A DNA stretch of 64,000 nt from positions 1,431 through 65,430 of the forward strand of contig JBIIRW010000001.1 in NCBI GenBank assembly GCA_044341385.1, given 5' to 3'. Of the stretch, positions 20,139-30,894 are shown in pieces. The notes below the pieces were generated by a model, which was not told where the DNA came from, made no database searches, and saw nothing but the letters and a program-made list of their open reading frames with translations. Position 1 is the first letter of the stretch. Each line of letters starts with the position of its first letter. Origin of the DNA: Sediminibacterium sp. Lineage in GTDB: Bacteria > Bacteroidota > Bacteroidia > Chitinophagales > Chitinophagaceae. The position numbers were made by a program, and so were the translations under genes.

Positions 20139-21277
20139 GTCAACCTCCCTTAAAAATTTCGATCATTGGTTCGCGAGGCTACCCCTATGTATACAGTGGG
20201 TATGAAACATTGGTAAAAAATATAGGGGAACGCATGCTAGCTAAAGGCGTGCAGGTGACTGTATACTGCCATTCCTATTTGTTTGATCAAAAACCAAAAC
20301 AATTGAATGGGATACAGCTAAAATATGTACCAACTATTAAAAGCAAAAGTTTAAGCCAACCCATACATTCATTTTTAGCTTTTTGGCATGCCGCTTTTTC
20401 AAATGCAGATGTAGTATTGGTTTTAAATGTATCCAATGGGCCATTTGGATTTATTACGAGATTGTTTAAAAAGCCAACATTAATAAATGTAGATGGATTG
20501 GAGTGGATGCGACCTAAATGGAAGGGCTTTGGTGCTATCTATTTTAAATGGTCAGCAAAAATGGCAGTAAAGTTGATGGACTTAATCGTTACTGACGCCA
20601 TAGCCATGCAAGCCATTTATAAAAAGGAGTTTAATGCTGATTCGGTGGTAATCACTTATGGGGCCGATAGTAATAAAGGGGCTTCTGAAGCTTTATTAAA
20701 TAAATGGCAATTACAATCGGGGGATTATTATTTAATTGTTGGCAGAATGATACCAGATAATAATAGCGATATTATTATTGAAGGTTTTATTAATTCTAGT
20801 AGTACAAAAAAATTAGTGATTGTAGGTGATGTGCCCTATCAAGATGCGTATGCAAATAAAATAAAATCCTATCAGGATGACCGCTTAGTTTTTACTGGTT
20901 ATATCACTAATAGTGATGAATTAGCTAGTTTGTATAAATATTGTTACGCATATATGCATGGACATGAATTTGGAGGAACTAATCCAACTTTATTAAAAGC
21001 GATGGCGAATGGTTGTGCGATTGGGGCAATTGATACAGTATTTAGTAGGGAAGTGTTACAAAATGACAAATTCGGGACCTATTTTAAAAAAAATAAAGTA
21101 TCATTGATTGATTGGTTTCAATGGGCGGAATCAAATCCTTTGAAATTGACGGAATTAAGAGCGCTTGTTTCCAAAGGATTAAATGAAAAATATGATTGGG
21201 ATTTGGTAACTGATTTATATCTTTACCATATCAATGCCCTGATCAAAAAAAGTGAGCTGAATGAAATTGAATCATAA
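20135..21277 (+). CDS. Glycosyltransferase, DUF1972/WchF-like
   Basis: IIGSRGYP..YSGYET, NVDGLEW.RPKW, HGHEFGGTNPTLL. Confidence 0.88.
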   Translation: MSQPPLKISIIGSRGYPYVYSGYETLVKNIGERMLAKGVQVTVYCHSYLFDQKPKQLNGIQLKYVPTIKSKSLSQPIHSFLAFWHAAFSNADVVLVLNVSNGPFGFITRLFKKPTLINVDGLEWMRPKWKGFGAIYFKWSAKMAVKLMDLIVTDAIAMQAIYKKEFNADSVVITYGADSNKGASEALLNKWQLQSGDYYLIVGRMIPDNNSDIIIEGFINSSSTKKLVIVGDVPYQDAYANKIKSYQDDRLVFTGYITNSDELASLYKYCYAYMHGHEFGGTNPTLLKAMANGCAIGAIDTVFSREVLQNDKFGTYFKKNKVSLIDWFQWAESNPLKLTELRALVSKGLNEKYDWDLVTDLYLYHINALIKKSELNEIES

Positions 21278-22646
21278 GTATTATAAAAAATTACAAATAA
21301 GCATTGATGCGTTTAGTATACTTTTATCATTATTAGTAGCGGTATTTATAAAAAAAGGGGGATTTGTATTTCCAAAAACATTTTACGACTTTGTTTTTAT
21401 AGGCTTACTTATATTAATTTGGTTTTTGGCAGCCAATGAGTGTAAATTATATCGCAACAGAATTAACAAAAAATTTCCAGAGGAAATTTTATTCAATGCT
21501 TATACAAGTTTACTTTTTTTAATTTTAGTTAGTTCCTTTTTGTTTTTAAGTAAATCAATCTATGGAGATTATTTTAGATTTTCTTATTTTATCTCCCTTC
21601 AGTTTTTCGCATCAGTTTCATTAAAGTATCTTTTAAGAAAAAGGCAACATTCTGCATTTGCCGAAGGTTTTATATACGATTCGTTAGTAATTATAGGATA
21701 TAACAAAACATCGATTGAATTTAATAAAACAATTTCCGAAAATTTATATTATGGATATAAGTGTATTGGTTTTATTGACGAGGATAAAATAGAGAACACG
21801 GACATCCCTTATTTAGGCAGTTTAAATAATTTAGAAACTATATTTAAGCAACAACAAATTGACGAAGTGCTCATTTCAGTTGAAAACCATGAGCAAGCCG
21901 CCATTCGTAAATGTATTGAAATCTGTGATCAATATAATGTCCGCGTTCGTGTAATGCCTAAATTAGAGGACTTAACCTCCAAGACCGAAGAGATTGATAA
22001 TATTGGGTTAATTTCGGTTATTAATTTAAATATTTTACCATTAGACAAATGGGAAAATAAATTATTGAAAAATATTTTTGACAAACTATTTTCTATTTTA
22101 TTTTTATTGGGTATTGGTATTTGGTTACTGCCAATTATTTGGATTTTGGTTCGTTTAACATCTAAAGGCCCCGTTATTTATAAACAAGAAAGATGGGGTT
22201 TAAATAATAAGCCTATTGTTTGTTATAAGTTTAGGACAATGTATATGAATAATGGCGATACCGACTTTAATCAAACTTCTCGAAATGATCCAAGAATAAC
22301 GCCATTGGGTTTGTTTTTGCGTAAGTTTAGCTTGGACGAATTACCACAATTTTGGAATGTATTAAAGGGGGAAATGTCGGTGGTGGGCCCTAGACCTCAT
22401 CCTACTCCAATGAATATAGCCTCTATGGAAACAGTGAATAATTATTTAAAAAGGCATATTGTAAAACCCGGAATTTCGGGATGGGCGCAAATCAATGGAT
22501 CCAGGGGCGAAGTGCGCACCCATCAGGAGATGGAAAAGCGCGTTAATTTTGATTTATATTATATACATCGTTGGTCATTTACATTGGATTTGCAAATTAT
22601 TTTGCAAACCATTATTAAAATGTTACGCGATCAAGGCGCATATTAA
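21261..22646 (+). CDS. wcaJ: Undecaprenyl-phosphate sugar phosphotransferase (priming enzyme)
   Basis: 4 TMs; YKFRTM, DPRIT, LRKFSLDELPQFWNV..GEMSVVGPRP, KPGISGWAQING. Confidence 0.9.
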   Translation: MKLNHKYYKKLQISIDAFSILLSLLVAVFIKKGGFVFPKTFYDFVFIGLLILIWFLAANECKLYRNRINKKFPEEILFNAYTSLLFLILVSSFLFLSKSIYGDYFRFSYFISLQFFASVSLKYLLRKRQHSAFAEGFIYDSLVIIGYNKTSIEFNKTISENLYYGYKCIGFIDEDKIENTDIPYLGSLNNLETIFKQQQIDEVLISVENHEQAAIRKCIEICDQYNVRVRVMPKLEDLTSKTEEIDNIGLISVINLNILPLDKWENKLLKNIFDKLFSILFLLGIGIWLLPIIWILVRLTSKGPVIYKQERWGLNNKPIVCYKFRTMYMNNGDTDFNQTSRNDPRITPLGLFLRKFSLDELPQFWNVLKGEMSVVGPRPHPTPMNIASMETVNNYLKRHIVKPGISGWAQINGSRGEVRTHQEMEKRVNFDLYYIHRWSFTLDLQIILQTIIKMLRDQGAY

Positions 22647-22656
22647 AACATACACA

Positions 22657-24300
22657 TTGAATTCAGTAAAATTATTTTTCATTATTGTTGGGTGCATTTT
22701 TTTATTTAATGCTAATCCAGGAACTGCGCAGGTATTTACACATCAACAAACGGTTGTTGCCTATTTAGAAAGGATGGCACAAAAAGGCGCAATAGAATTT
22801 AATGATTTAATGAAGCCAGTAGATAGGGCAACTGTATTTAATTTATTAAATCAATTACAACAAAATAAAAATCTTACAAAGATTGAGCGTGATGAACTTA
22901 CATTTTATATAAGTTATTATAGTTTTGATAATTTAGAAAAAGCATATATCCCTAAAAGCTTAACAGTCTTTAAACAAATCAAAAAAAACTTATTTAAGGA
23001 ACCACATATCTTGAATTATAGTGATGATAATTTTAGACTTATGGTGGACCCACTTGCTGAAATTGGATTTCAGGGTTCAAAAAAAACAAGTCAGTTAATT
23101 AGTACTGGTTTTCAAATGATGGGTTATGCTGGTAAGCGCATTGGTTTTCAGTTAAGTGTTAGAGATGTGAACGAAACTGGTGATTATGATTCCTTAAGAA
23201 TTGATAATACACTCATGGGCTTTAATCGCAAACAAACCATTAACAACAACTTATTATCTTATAGTCAGTTTAATGCCAATTTGAGTTATCGATTTAATAA
23301 GGGGATGATCACCGTGGGACAGGATCAAAATGTATTGGGTTATGGCAAAACGGGTAATTTGGTTTTGTCAAGCAAATCGCCTTCTTATCCCTATTATCGA
23401 TTTCAATATAATCCAACAAAATGGATGAGTGTTAACTATATGCATGCATGGTTGCAAAGTGGGGTAATTGATTCCTTAAAAAGCTACGGCACAGGTAATT
23501 CGGTGTATGGTGGTCAGAGGGAATCCTTTATACCTAAGTTTTATGCAATACACTTTGTAGAAGTTAGGCCGATGAAGGGATTAAGTGTTCATTTAGGAGA
23601 ATCCATAGTTTATACCGATCAATTGGAGCCTGCTTATCTTATGCCTTTAACTTTTTTTAAAGCATATGACAACAATAAATACAATGATAAAATTACTACA
23701 GGTGCCAATGGACAGTTTTTTATGGGAATTAGTAGTCGAAATCAAATTCCTAAAACGCATTTGTATGCCCAATTATTTATTGATGAAATTAGGGTAAGTA
23801 ATATTTTTAATTCCACTAAGTCGCGCAATCAAATAGCTTATCAAATAGGAGCGAGTGTTACGGATATAGGTTTGCCTTATCTTACATTAACTGCCGAGCT
23901 TAATAAAGTATACCCATTTGTGTACCGTAATTTTTTACCGGCACAAAATTATTCAAATAGTAATTATCCCCTTGGTGATTGGATGGGTTCCAATGCTGAT
24001 AGAATTGAACTCATCGCTAATTATCATCCTAAGCCAAGGCTTAATTTAAGGGCGTATTATCGTATGATGGCAAAAGGCGGGGCTGGATCAATAGAACAAC
24101 AGTATTTTTTAACCCCTTCACCTATCTATGGCTTTGATCCTCAATATAAAACAAACAAATTCAGTTTTGAAAGTAGTTATGAGTTATATAGTAATGTAAA
24201 CATTCTATTTGGTTATAGTGCATATCAAATGAAGCCATTATTACAAAATCCCATAACTAGTGATATGGTAAATATTGGGCTCGTATTTTCGCCCTATTAG
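22657..24300 (+). CDS. Wzi-like outer-membrane protein (third, divergent)
   Basis: In-frame TTG 22657 followed by a signal peptide; GYGKTGNLVLSSKSP, YAQLFIDE, LGDWMGSNAD. Confidence 0.65.
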   Translation: MNSVKLFFIIVGCIFLFNANPGTAQVFTHQQTVVAYLERMAQKGAIEFNDLMKPVDRATVFNLLNQLQQNKNLTKIERDELTFYISYYSFDNLEKAYIPKSLTVFKQIKKNLFKEPHILNYSDDNFRLMVDPLAEIGFQGSKKTSQLISTGFQMMGYAGKRIGFQLSVRDVNETGDYDSLRIDNTLMGFNRKQTINNNLLSYSQFNANLSYRFNKGMITVGQDQNVLGYGKTGNLVLSSKSPSYPYYRFQYNPTKWMSVNYMHAWLQSGVIDSLKSYGTGNSVYGGQRESFIPKFYAIHFVEVRPMKGLSVHLGESIVYTDQLEPAYLMPLTFFKAYDNNKYNDKITTGANGQFFMGISSRNQIPKTHLYAQLFIDEIRVSNIFNSTKSRNQIAYQIGASVTDIGLPYLTLTAELNKVYPFVYRNFLPAQNYSNSNYPLGDWMGSNADRIELIANYHPKPRLNLRAYYRMMAKGGAGSIEQQYFLTPSPIYGFDPQYKTNKFSFESSYELYSNVNILFGYSAYQMKPLLQNPITSDMVNIGLVFSPY

Positions 24301-24355
24301 TGAATTGTGCTTTATGACGCAATTGTCGTATTTTTACGCTTATAAGTTAATTTAA

Positions 24356-26674
24356 ATGATCAAATTATTAGGAAAGTTTTTAGTGGTATTTGTGCTTATT
24401 TTATTGGTTTTTAAACCATTACAAGCACAAATGAGCAGTGGCGCAAATGTAAATATGGGTAGCGCTAGAATTAGTCAATTTTCGGACCAACAAATCATGC
24501 AATTGTGGATACAAGCATCTGCCAATGGGATGTCTGAAAGTGATGCAATGAGTTTTTTGGTAAAAAAGGGCTTGAGACCCTCTGAAGTAGGTCAATTTAA
24601 AAAGCGATTAGTTGCTTTACAAGGTGCCAAAAAAAGTTCCTTTAGCGACATGAGTATGATAAAAGATACTTCTAGTTTTATGCGTGATAGCACTTGGGTA
24701 TTGGAAGTGCCCATTATTAAAAAGATTACGAACAAGTATGGGTATGAGTTTTTTGCAAATCCAAATATAAAATTTGAACCCAATTTGCGACTAGCTACTC
24801 CTAAAAATTACATACTAGGGCCCGATGATGAATTAGATGTTACATTAACAGGCTTAAATGAAACAACAGCTAATTGTACCGTTAACACTGATGGTAACAT
24901 AAAAATTGAATATGTTGGACTAATTAATGTGAGTGGATTAACCATGGATGAAGCAAAGGCAAGGATTTTAGCAAAAATGTCAACAGCTTATCCCGCTTTA
25001 AAATTAAATAGAACACAGTTGACAATTACAATGACTAATTATCGAAGTGTAAGAATAACAATCATTGGTGAGGCGGTATGGCCAGGCGGCTATCAGATTT
25101 CAGCATTATCATCGGTGTTTAATGCTTTATATTATTCAGGAGGCCCAACTGAAAATGGAACCCTAAGAGATATTAAGGTGATCCGAAATAACAAAACTAT
25201 TGCCAATATTGATTTGTATGAGTTTTTACAAAATGGCAAAATGGCGAAGGATATCCGATTGGAGGACCAGGATGTGATCATGTATAGCCCATATATAAAA
25301 AGGGTAGAATTTGGGGGAATGGTAAAAAGGCCTGGCGTATTTGAATTAAGACCTAATGAAAGTATACAACAAGCAATAGAATATGCTGGTGGGTTTAACG
25401 ATTCTGCCTTTACTGATAGATTAAAAATTGTTCAGTTAAATGGCTCAGAAAAAACATATAAGGAAGTAGATGCCAATTTATTTGCAAACTACATTCCTTC
25501 ACCAGGCGATTCTATTTATGCAGAAAAAAAAGCACCTGTATATATTAACAAAGTAAGCATCACAGGTGCAGTATATCGCCCTGGTGATTATGGGTTTCAA
25601 CCAAAATTAACTTTACAAGCATTAATAAAAAAAGCGGATGGCTTACGATCAGATGCATTTATGCAACGAGCAACCATTTATCGATTAACTAATGCAAGGG
25701 ATCGTGTTTTGGTAGCAGTTGATTTAAATAAGTTTGCTCAAAATAGCACTGATTTTATTTTGGAACGCGAGGATAGCATTCAAATATATACAAAGCAAGA
25801 ATTAGAGGAAGTGCAATATATCACCGTTGGCGGGCATGTGCGCAACCCAGGAAAAATAATGTTCCGAGCGGGTATGCAAATACAGGATGTGATTGCCATG
25901 AGTGGGGGATTTATGAAAGATGCTGCTTATCATAGGGTTGAGCTTTCAAGAATAAAAAACAACCGAACTGATTCATTGGCTAATCAATTAGTTGACTTGA
26001 TCAAACTTGAATTAGATTCAAACTTATCCAGCAGAGATAACACTTTCACTTTGCAAGCGCAAGATTATATTTTTGTACCCAGATTATTGAACTCGGTATT
26101 TTTAGGGGATATTAAAGTAGCAGGGGAAGTTTATTTTCCAGGCAATTATGTATTGGAAAAAAGAGATGAAACTATTGAAAATATTTTAGCAAGGGCAGGT
26201 GGTTTAACTAAGTACGGCTCATTAAAGGATTTGCAAGTATACAGAAAAGGGGTTTTGATTGGGGTGAACGTAGATGTTGCCAATAATAATTCTCGTGATT
26301 TGTCATTGGCATTATTGCCAGGAGATAGTTTGTTTATTTCACGTAACGATCCATTTGTACAAGTCATTGGTGCTGTATATAGTCCACAATTAACCAGGTA
26401 TGAATCAGGAAGTTTTAAGTCCTATATTTCAGCTGCAGGCGGTGTAAAAAATAGAGCTTCATTATCGAAAGCCTATATACAATATGGAAACGGAATTAAT
26501 AAAAAACAAAAACGCTTTTTGTTTTTAAAATTTTATCCAAGAGTAACGCCGGGCAGTAAAATATTTGTACCTGAAATGCCTGATAAAGAAAAAGGATTAT
26601 CGGTCGCTGAATTGTCGGCGATCACAAGTATTTTATCAGCATTAGTTGGTTTAGCGGCTATATTAAAATTATAA
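24356..26674 (+). CDS. wza: Polysaccharide export protein with multiple SLBB domains
   Basis: YGYEFF...TPKNYILGPDDEL; repeated G.V.RPG.Y/AGG units; C-terminal amphipathic helix. Confidence 0.88.
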   Translation: MIKLLGKFLVVFVLILLVFKPLQAQMSSGANVNMGSARISQFSDQQIMQLWIQASANGMSESDAMSFLVKKGLRPSEVGQFKKRLVALQGAKKSSFSDMSMIKDTSSFMRDSTWVLEVPIIKKITNKYGYEFFANPNIKFEPNLRLATPKNYILGPDDELDVTLTGLNETTANCTVNTDGNIKIEYVGLINVSGLTMDEAKARILAKMSTAYPALKLNRTQLTITMTNYRSVRITIIGEAVWPGGYQISALSSVFNALYYSGGPTENGTLRDIKVIRNNKTIANIDLYEFLQNGKMAKDIRLEDQDVIMYSPYIKRVEFGGMVKRPGVFELRPNESIQQAIEYAGGFNDSAFTDRLKIVQLNGSEKTYKEVDANLFANYIPSPGDSIYAEKKAPVYINKVSITGAVYRPGDYGFQPKLTLQALIKKADGLRSDAFMQRATIYRLTNARDRVLVAVDLNKFAQNSTDFILEREDSIQIYTKQELEEVQYITVGGHVRNPGKIMFRAGMQIQDVIAMSGGFMKDAAYHRVELSRIKNNRTDSLANQLVDLIKLELDSNLSSRDNTFTLQAQDYIFVPRLLNSVFLGDIKVAGEVYFPGNYVLEKRDETIENILARAGGLTKYGSLKDLQVYRKGVLIGVNVDVANNNSRDLSLALLPGDSLFISRNDPFVQVIGAVYSPQLTRYESGSFKSYISAAGGVKNRASLSKAYIQYGNGINKKQKRFLFLKFYPRVTPGSKIFVPEMPDKEKGLSVAELSAITSILSALVGLAAILKL

Positions 26675-26682
26675 TTATTACT

Positions 26683-27768
26683 ATGTCAGTTGAAAATAAT
26701 CAAAACAACACTTCCAATATAATTAATGAACCCAGTTTTTCAATGAGTGCATGGGTAAAAGAATGGGTTAGTTTAATAATTCAAATTTTGAAAAATAATT
26801 TCAAAATAATTTTATTAGCTACACTTGTAGGTGGCGTGTTGGGTATTACTTATAGTTTTTTAAAATCACCAAGGTATATTGCGGACACTGTTTTTTTAGT
26901 GGAAGAAAGTAAAAGTATGGCTGGTGGCGGATTGTTGTCGTCACTAGGAGGATCATTAGGTATGGATATTACTGGATTAACGGGTTCTAATAATACTGTA
27001 TTATCAGGCGACAATGTATTGGAGCTTTTAAAATCCAAAACATTTATGGCACAATGTTTGAAAATGCCATATTCAAATGACAGTAATTATAGCATAGCCG
27101 ATAAATATGCTGAGGTGTATAAATACAAATCGAAATGGGCAAATGATTCTAAAATAGGTCGGGAAATATCATTCGCTAAGCCCGATAAGGATTATAGATT
27201 ACAAGACAGTCTATTAAAAATTATTATTAACCGAATTGAGGAAAAAGAATTAGCTGTTGTAAAGCCAGATAAAAAATTAGGCTTTTTTAAAATGACAGTA
27301 ATTACCAAAGAAGAAAACCTAAGTAAGTTAATTTCCGAAAAAATATTAAAAATAGCGACCGATTTTTATATTGAAACAAAAGTAGGAAGGTTAAGAAATA
27401 ATGTAGCACGACTTGAGAAAAGGACGGATAGTATTTATGTATTATTAAATTATAAAACACAATCAACTCGTCAGGACGCCTTACTATTGCTTAATGGTAA
27501 TTTTTCAAATGTGAACGAGGCAATAAATTCAGAAATATCTCAAAGGGATAAGGGAATGCTTACTTCTATATATGGCCAACTTGTTACTAATTTAGAAGCT
27601 TCTAAAGCTTCTTTAATTCAGGAAACACCTACTGTTCAAATTGTGGATAGCCCTGTGTTCCCTTTAGAAAAAAGTGAAACAAAATGGTATATGGGCTTGC
27701 TCATTGGTTTATTTATAAGCTTTTTTTCAAGCATAATTTACTTTTTAGTGTTTAAAACTAGTCTTTGA
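26683..27768 (+). CDS. wzz: Chain-length determinant / polysaccharide co-polymerase
   Basis: Two terminal TMs, coiled coil, QETPTVQIVDSP; no kinase domain. Confidence 0.8.
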   Translation: MSVENNQNNTSNIINEPSFSMSAWVKEWVSLIIQILKNNFKIILLATLVGGVLGITYSFLKSPRYIADTVFLVEESKSMAGGGLLSSLGGSLGMDITGLTGSNNTVLSGDNVLELLKSKTFMAQCLKMPYSNDSNYSIADKYAEVYKYKSKWANDSKIGREISFAKPDKDYRLQDSLLKIIINRIEEKELAVVKPDKKLGFFKMTVITKEENLSKLISEKILKIATDFYIETKVGRLRNNVARLEKRTDSIYVLLNYKTQSTRQDALLLLNGNFSNVNEAINSEISQRDKGMLTSIYGQLVTNLEASKASLIQETPTVQIVDSPVFPLEKSETKWYMGLLIGLFISFFSSIIYFLVFKTSL

Positions 27769-28185
27769 TTTATCGCCATTACCACCGTATTTAGGCCACT
27801 TAAAATATCAATATTGCTGTAACGATATTAATCATCTCTTTTACGGTTTTCAATATTTGCACATTTTTAGCCTAAAATCCTCAAAAATTACCCCAAATTG
27901 CCTCTTTTTAGACTAAAAACTGTACTATTTCTCTTAATTACCATCAATTAAAAGGAAATTTAATACCCCATCTCACAGGTAAATCCCGATTTTAGAGGCT
28001 TGAATTTAAGTTTTGCGCCAATTTTAAGTTTATTCTACATTCACTACAATAGTATAGCTGCAAAAACGTTATTAAAAGAACAGTTTATTTAAGTACATAA
28101 TTAACATTTAACTAAGTATAAAAAATCATGCTTAACCTAATGTAAATAAGCACTGTATAAATTTTTTTTTGAGTAATTATTCGAG

Positions 28186-28193
28186 TACTTTTG
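28186..28193 (+). promoter_or_regulatory. Bacteroidota -7 promoter box for cluster 2
   Basis: TACTTTTG matches TAnnTTTG within the 664-bp intergenic region. Confidence 0.5.
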
Positions 28194-28345
28194 TCTGATA
28201 AATCCACCCCCCTAAATTTATTGGTATGAATTTTAATATGCTTTGCTTGTTAAAACAAATACGACCCTATTTTAAGTACCATTATTAAACTTTAAATGGT
28301 TTTTGGCACTTAAAAACTCGATTTTTGTATGTAAACAATTGTTTA

Positions 28346-28388
28346 TTAGTCATTTGTGTATCTATACTGTGACTAAGAAAAGCGAAGC
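28346..28388 (+). promoter_or_regulatory. Conserved leader element, copy 2
   Basis: TTAGTCAtttgtgtatctatactgTGACTAAgaaaaGCGAAGC. Confidence 0.7.
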
Positions 28389-28432
28389 TTTGCACAAATT
28401 TCAAACATATCCCCTTTAACGTTTAAATTACT

Positions 28433-30892
28433 ATGATTACAATGATACCAAAAGCAAGATTCAATTTTTTATTTAAGAGCTTATTATTGCTCATCAGTTT
28501 TACTTTATGTATTTATTCAGCGCAAGCCCAAGGGATACTAAGCCAAAATGACTTAAGTAATTTTAAAGCAAACGCTTTAACTGAATCAGATATTAGCCAA
28601 ATCCAACAGCAGTTAAAATCAAAAGGTGTTACTATAGATCAAGTACAAGATCAGGCTGTTGCCAAGGGCATGCCATTAAGTGAATTTACAAAATTGAAAG
28701 CAAGGTTAAATAATGCACAAAAAACTGGGGGCAAAAAAAATCCTTTATTGAAATTAGATGATAAAATGTCTAAGACGAAAGGGGATAAAAGAAACGAAGA
28801 TGATACTTTGGGTTTTGAATTACCAATGTTTAAAAAAATTAATCCTTTAATTTACGGATCAGAATTATTTAGTAATGAAAATACTGGGTTTGCTGCAAAT
28901 CAAAATATTGCAACGCCTATTAATTATATCGTGGGCCCTAACGATGTTTTAAAACTTGTCGTTTATGGCGTACAAGAATATACTTCTGATTTACAAGTAT
29001 CCAAGGAAGGGCGTGTGCAAATAGATAATGTTGGTCAAGTAAAAGTGGGTGGATTATCTATTGAAGCTGCAACAGAGCGGATCAAACAACAAATGGCACG
29101 AACTGTTTATTCAAGCTTGAATTCAGGTGAGTCAAAACTAGCATTGACTGTTGGTGATATAAGAACCATTCAAGTTAGTGTTATAGGTGCAATGAAAAGT
29201 GGAAAATACAATGTGAGTTCATTGTCAAATGTGTTAAGTGTTTTAACTGAAGCTGGTGGTCCTAATGAAATAGGGTCATTCAGAAATATTGAATTAATTA
29301 GGAATAACAAAGTGGAAAGCAAAATTGATTTGTATCAGTTTATGCAATATGGCGATCAAAAGCAAATGATGTCCTTAAAGGACAATGATGTGATTCGTAT
29401 ACCTGCATACGGAAGTCGCATTGAAATTAAAGGACAAGCAAAACGTCCAGGAATTTTTGAACCCACCTCCAATGAAACATTTAAAAATGTTTTGGATTAT
29501 GCCGGCGGGTTTGATGATACAGCATATACTGCACTAGTAAAGGTGATACAGAAAACTGATAAAGAAAGAGCAGTTAAAGATTTAATTGCATCAGATTTTG
29601 AGAAATATATTCCTTCTGGCGGCGATGTAATTATGATTTCAAAAATTATTGATCGTTACCGAAATAGAGTAAAATTATCTGGCGCGATCTATCGTCCAGA
29701 TACCTATGAATTATTTGAAGGAATGAGAATTTCAGATTTGATAAAAAAGGGAGATGGCTTAAAAGAAGATGCATATACAGGCGGCGCGCAATTATTTAGA
29801 TTAAAACCAAATTTATTAAAGGAGATTGTAAATATTGATTTAGGTAAAGCATTGTCTGGGGATAAATCTGAAAATATTTATTTACAAAGAGAAGATGAAC
29901 TATATGTAACATCAATTTTAGATTTAAGGGATAGTTTGGATGTTCGCATTTACGGCGAAGTGCATAATCCAGGAAAGTATCAGTATGCAGATAGCATGAC
30001 AGTGAAGGACTTAATTACACTAGCTGGTGGAAGTACATTTGCTGCGAATAAAAAAGTGGAAGTCGCAAGAATGTATAAACAAGAAGGCGAAAAAATAAAT
30101 AACAATATAATTGCAACACTTCTTACAACAGAATTGGATGCTAATTTAAATTTTACCCCAGGGAATAGTGATATTGTATTACAACCTTACGATGTAATAA
30201 GTATTACCAAAAAAGTAGGGTTTGCTGAAAGTCAAGTTGTAACAATTACAGGCCAAGTACAATTTACTGGCAAGTATAATTTAACCAACAGATTGGAAAG
30301 AGTGAGTGATATTATTAATAGAGCAGGTGGTGTTATTGGTGATGCCTTTTCAAATGGCGCATTTATCAAAAGAGAAGGAATAAAAGCAGACACAATTTCT
30401 CAAGTAATAAAAGATAGTCTAAAAAAAGCGGGTATTGAAAATGAAAAACCAGAAAATGTTCAAAAAATCGCTTTAGATATAGAACAAATTTTAAAAAAGC
30501 CTGGTAGTTATTATGATTTAGTATTAATTGATAAAGATGAAATAGTGATACCTAAATTGGATAACAAGATAACCATTAGAGGCGGTGTTTTAAGGCCAAT
30601 CACTATCACCTATCACGATGGCATAACTATGGGTGAGTGTATAAGTGCCGCAGGGGGAATTACTGATAACGCAAGACGTAACAAAGCCTATGTGGTTTAT
30701 TACAACGGAAGATCAAAACGAACCAAAACATTTGGATTTTTTAGATTCAATCCGCGCATTGAGCCAGGTTCAGAAGTGGTGTTACCGGAAGGCGCAGTAA
30801 AGAAAGATCCAATGACTGCTATTCTACAATATATTACCATTTTAGCGCAAGTAGGAACATCGCTTGCAACACTTAAATTATTAACTAACTAA
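28433..30892 (+). CDS. wza: Polysaccharide export protein with multiple SLBB domains (second)
   Basis: IYGSELF...ATPINYIVGPNDVL; SLBB repeats; PRIEPGSEVVLP. Confidence 0.88.
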   Translation: MITMIPKARFNFLFKSLLLLISFTLCIYSAQAQGILSQNDLSNFKANALTESDISQIQQQLKSKGVTIDQVQDQAVAKGMPLSEFTKLKARLNNAQKTGGKKNPLLKLDDKMSKTKGDKRNEDDTLGFELPMFKKINPLIYGSELFSNENTGFAANQNIATPINYIVGPNDVLKLVVYGVQEYTSDLQVSKEGRVQIDNVGQVKVGGLSIEAATERIKQQMARTVYSSLNSGESKLALTVGDIRTIQVSVIGAMKSGKYNVSSLSNVLSVLTEAGGPNEIGSFRNIELIRNNKVESKIDLYQFMQYGDQKQMMSLKDNDVIRIPAYGSRIEIKGQAKRPGIFEPTSNETFKNVLDYAGGFDDTAYTALVKVIQKTDKERAVKDLIASDFEKYIPSGGDVIMISKIIDRYRNRVKLSGAIYRPDTYELFEGMRISDLIKKGDGLKEDAYTGGAQLFRLKPNLLKEIVNIDLGKALSGDKSENIYLQREDELYVTSILDLRDSLDVRIYGEVHNPGKYQYADSMTVKDLITLAGGSTFAANKKVEVARMYKQEGEKINNNIIATLLTTELDANLNFTPGNSDIVLQPYDVISITKKVGFAESQVVTITGQVQFTGKYNLTNRLERVSDIINRAGGVIGDAFSNGAFIKREGIKADTISQVIKDSLKKAGIENEKPENVQKIALDIEQILKKPGSYYDLVLIDKDEIVIPKLDNKITIRGGVLRPITITYHDGITMGECISAAGGITDNARRNKAYVVYYNGRSKRTKTFGFFRFNPRIEPGSEVVLPEGAVKKDPMTAILQYITILAQVGTSLATLKLLTN

Positions 30893-30894
30893 TC

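Noticed and set aside
22495-22656. N-terminal extension of the 601-aa ORF
   Set aside because: Overlaps wcaJ by ~150 bp; a signal peptide begins at in-frame TTG 22657.
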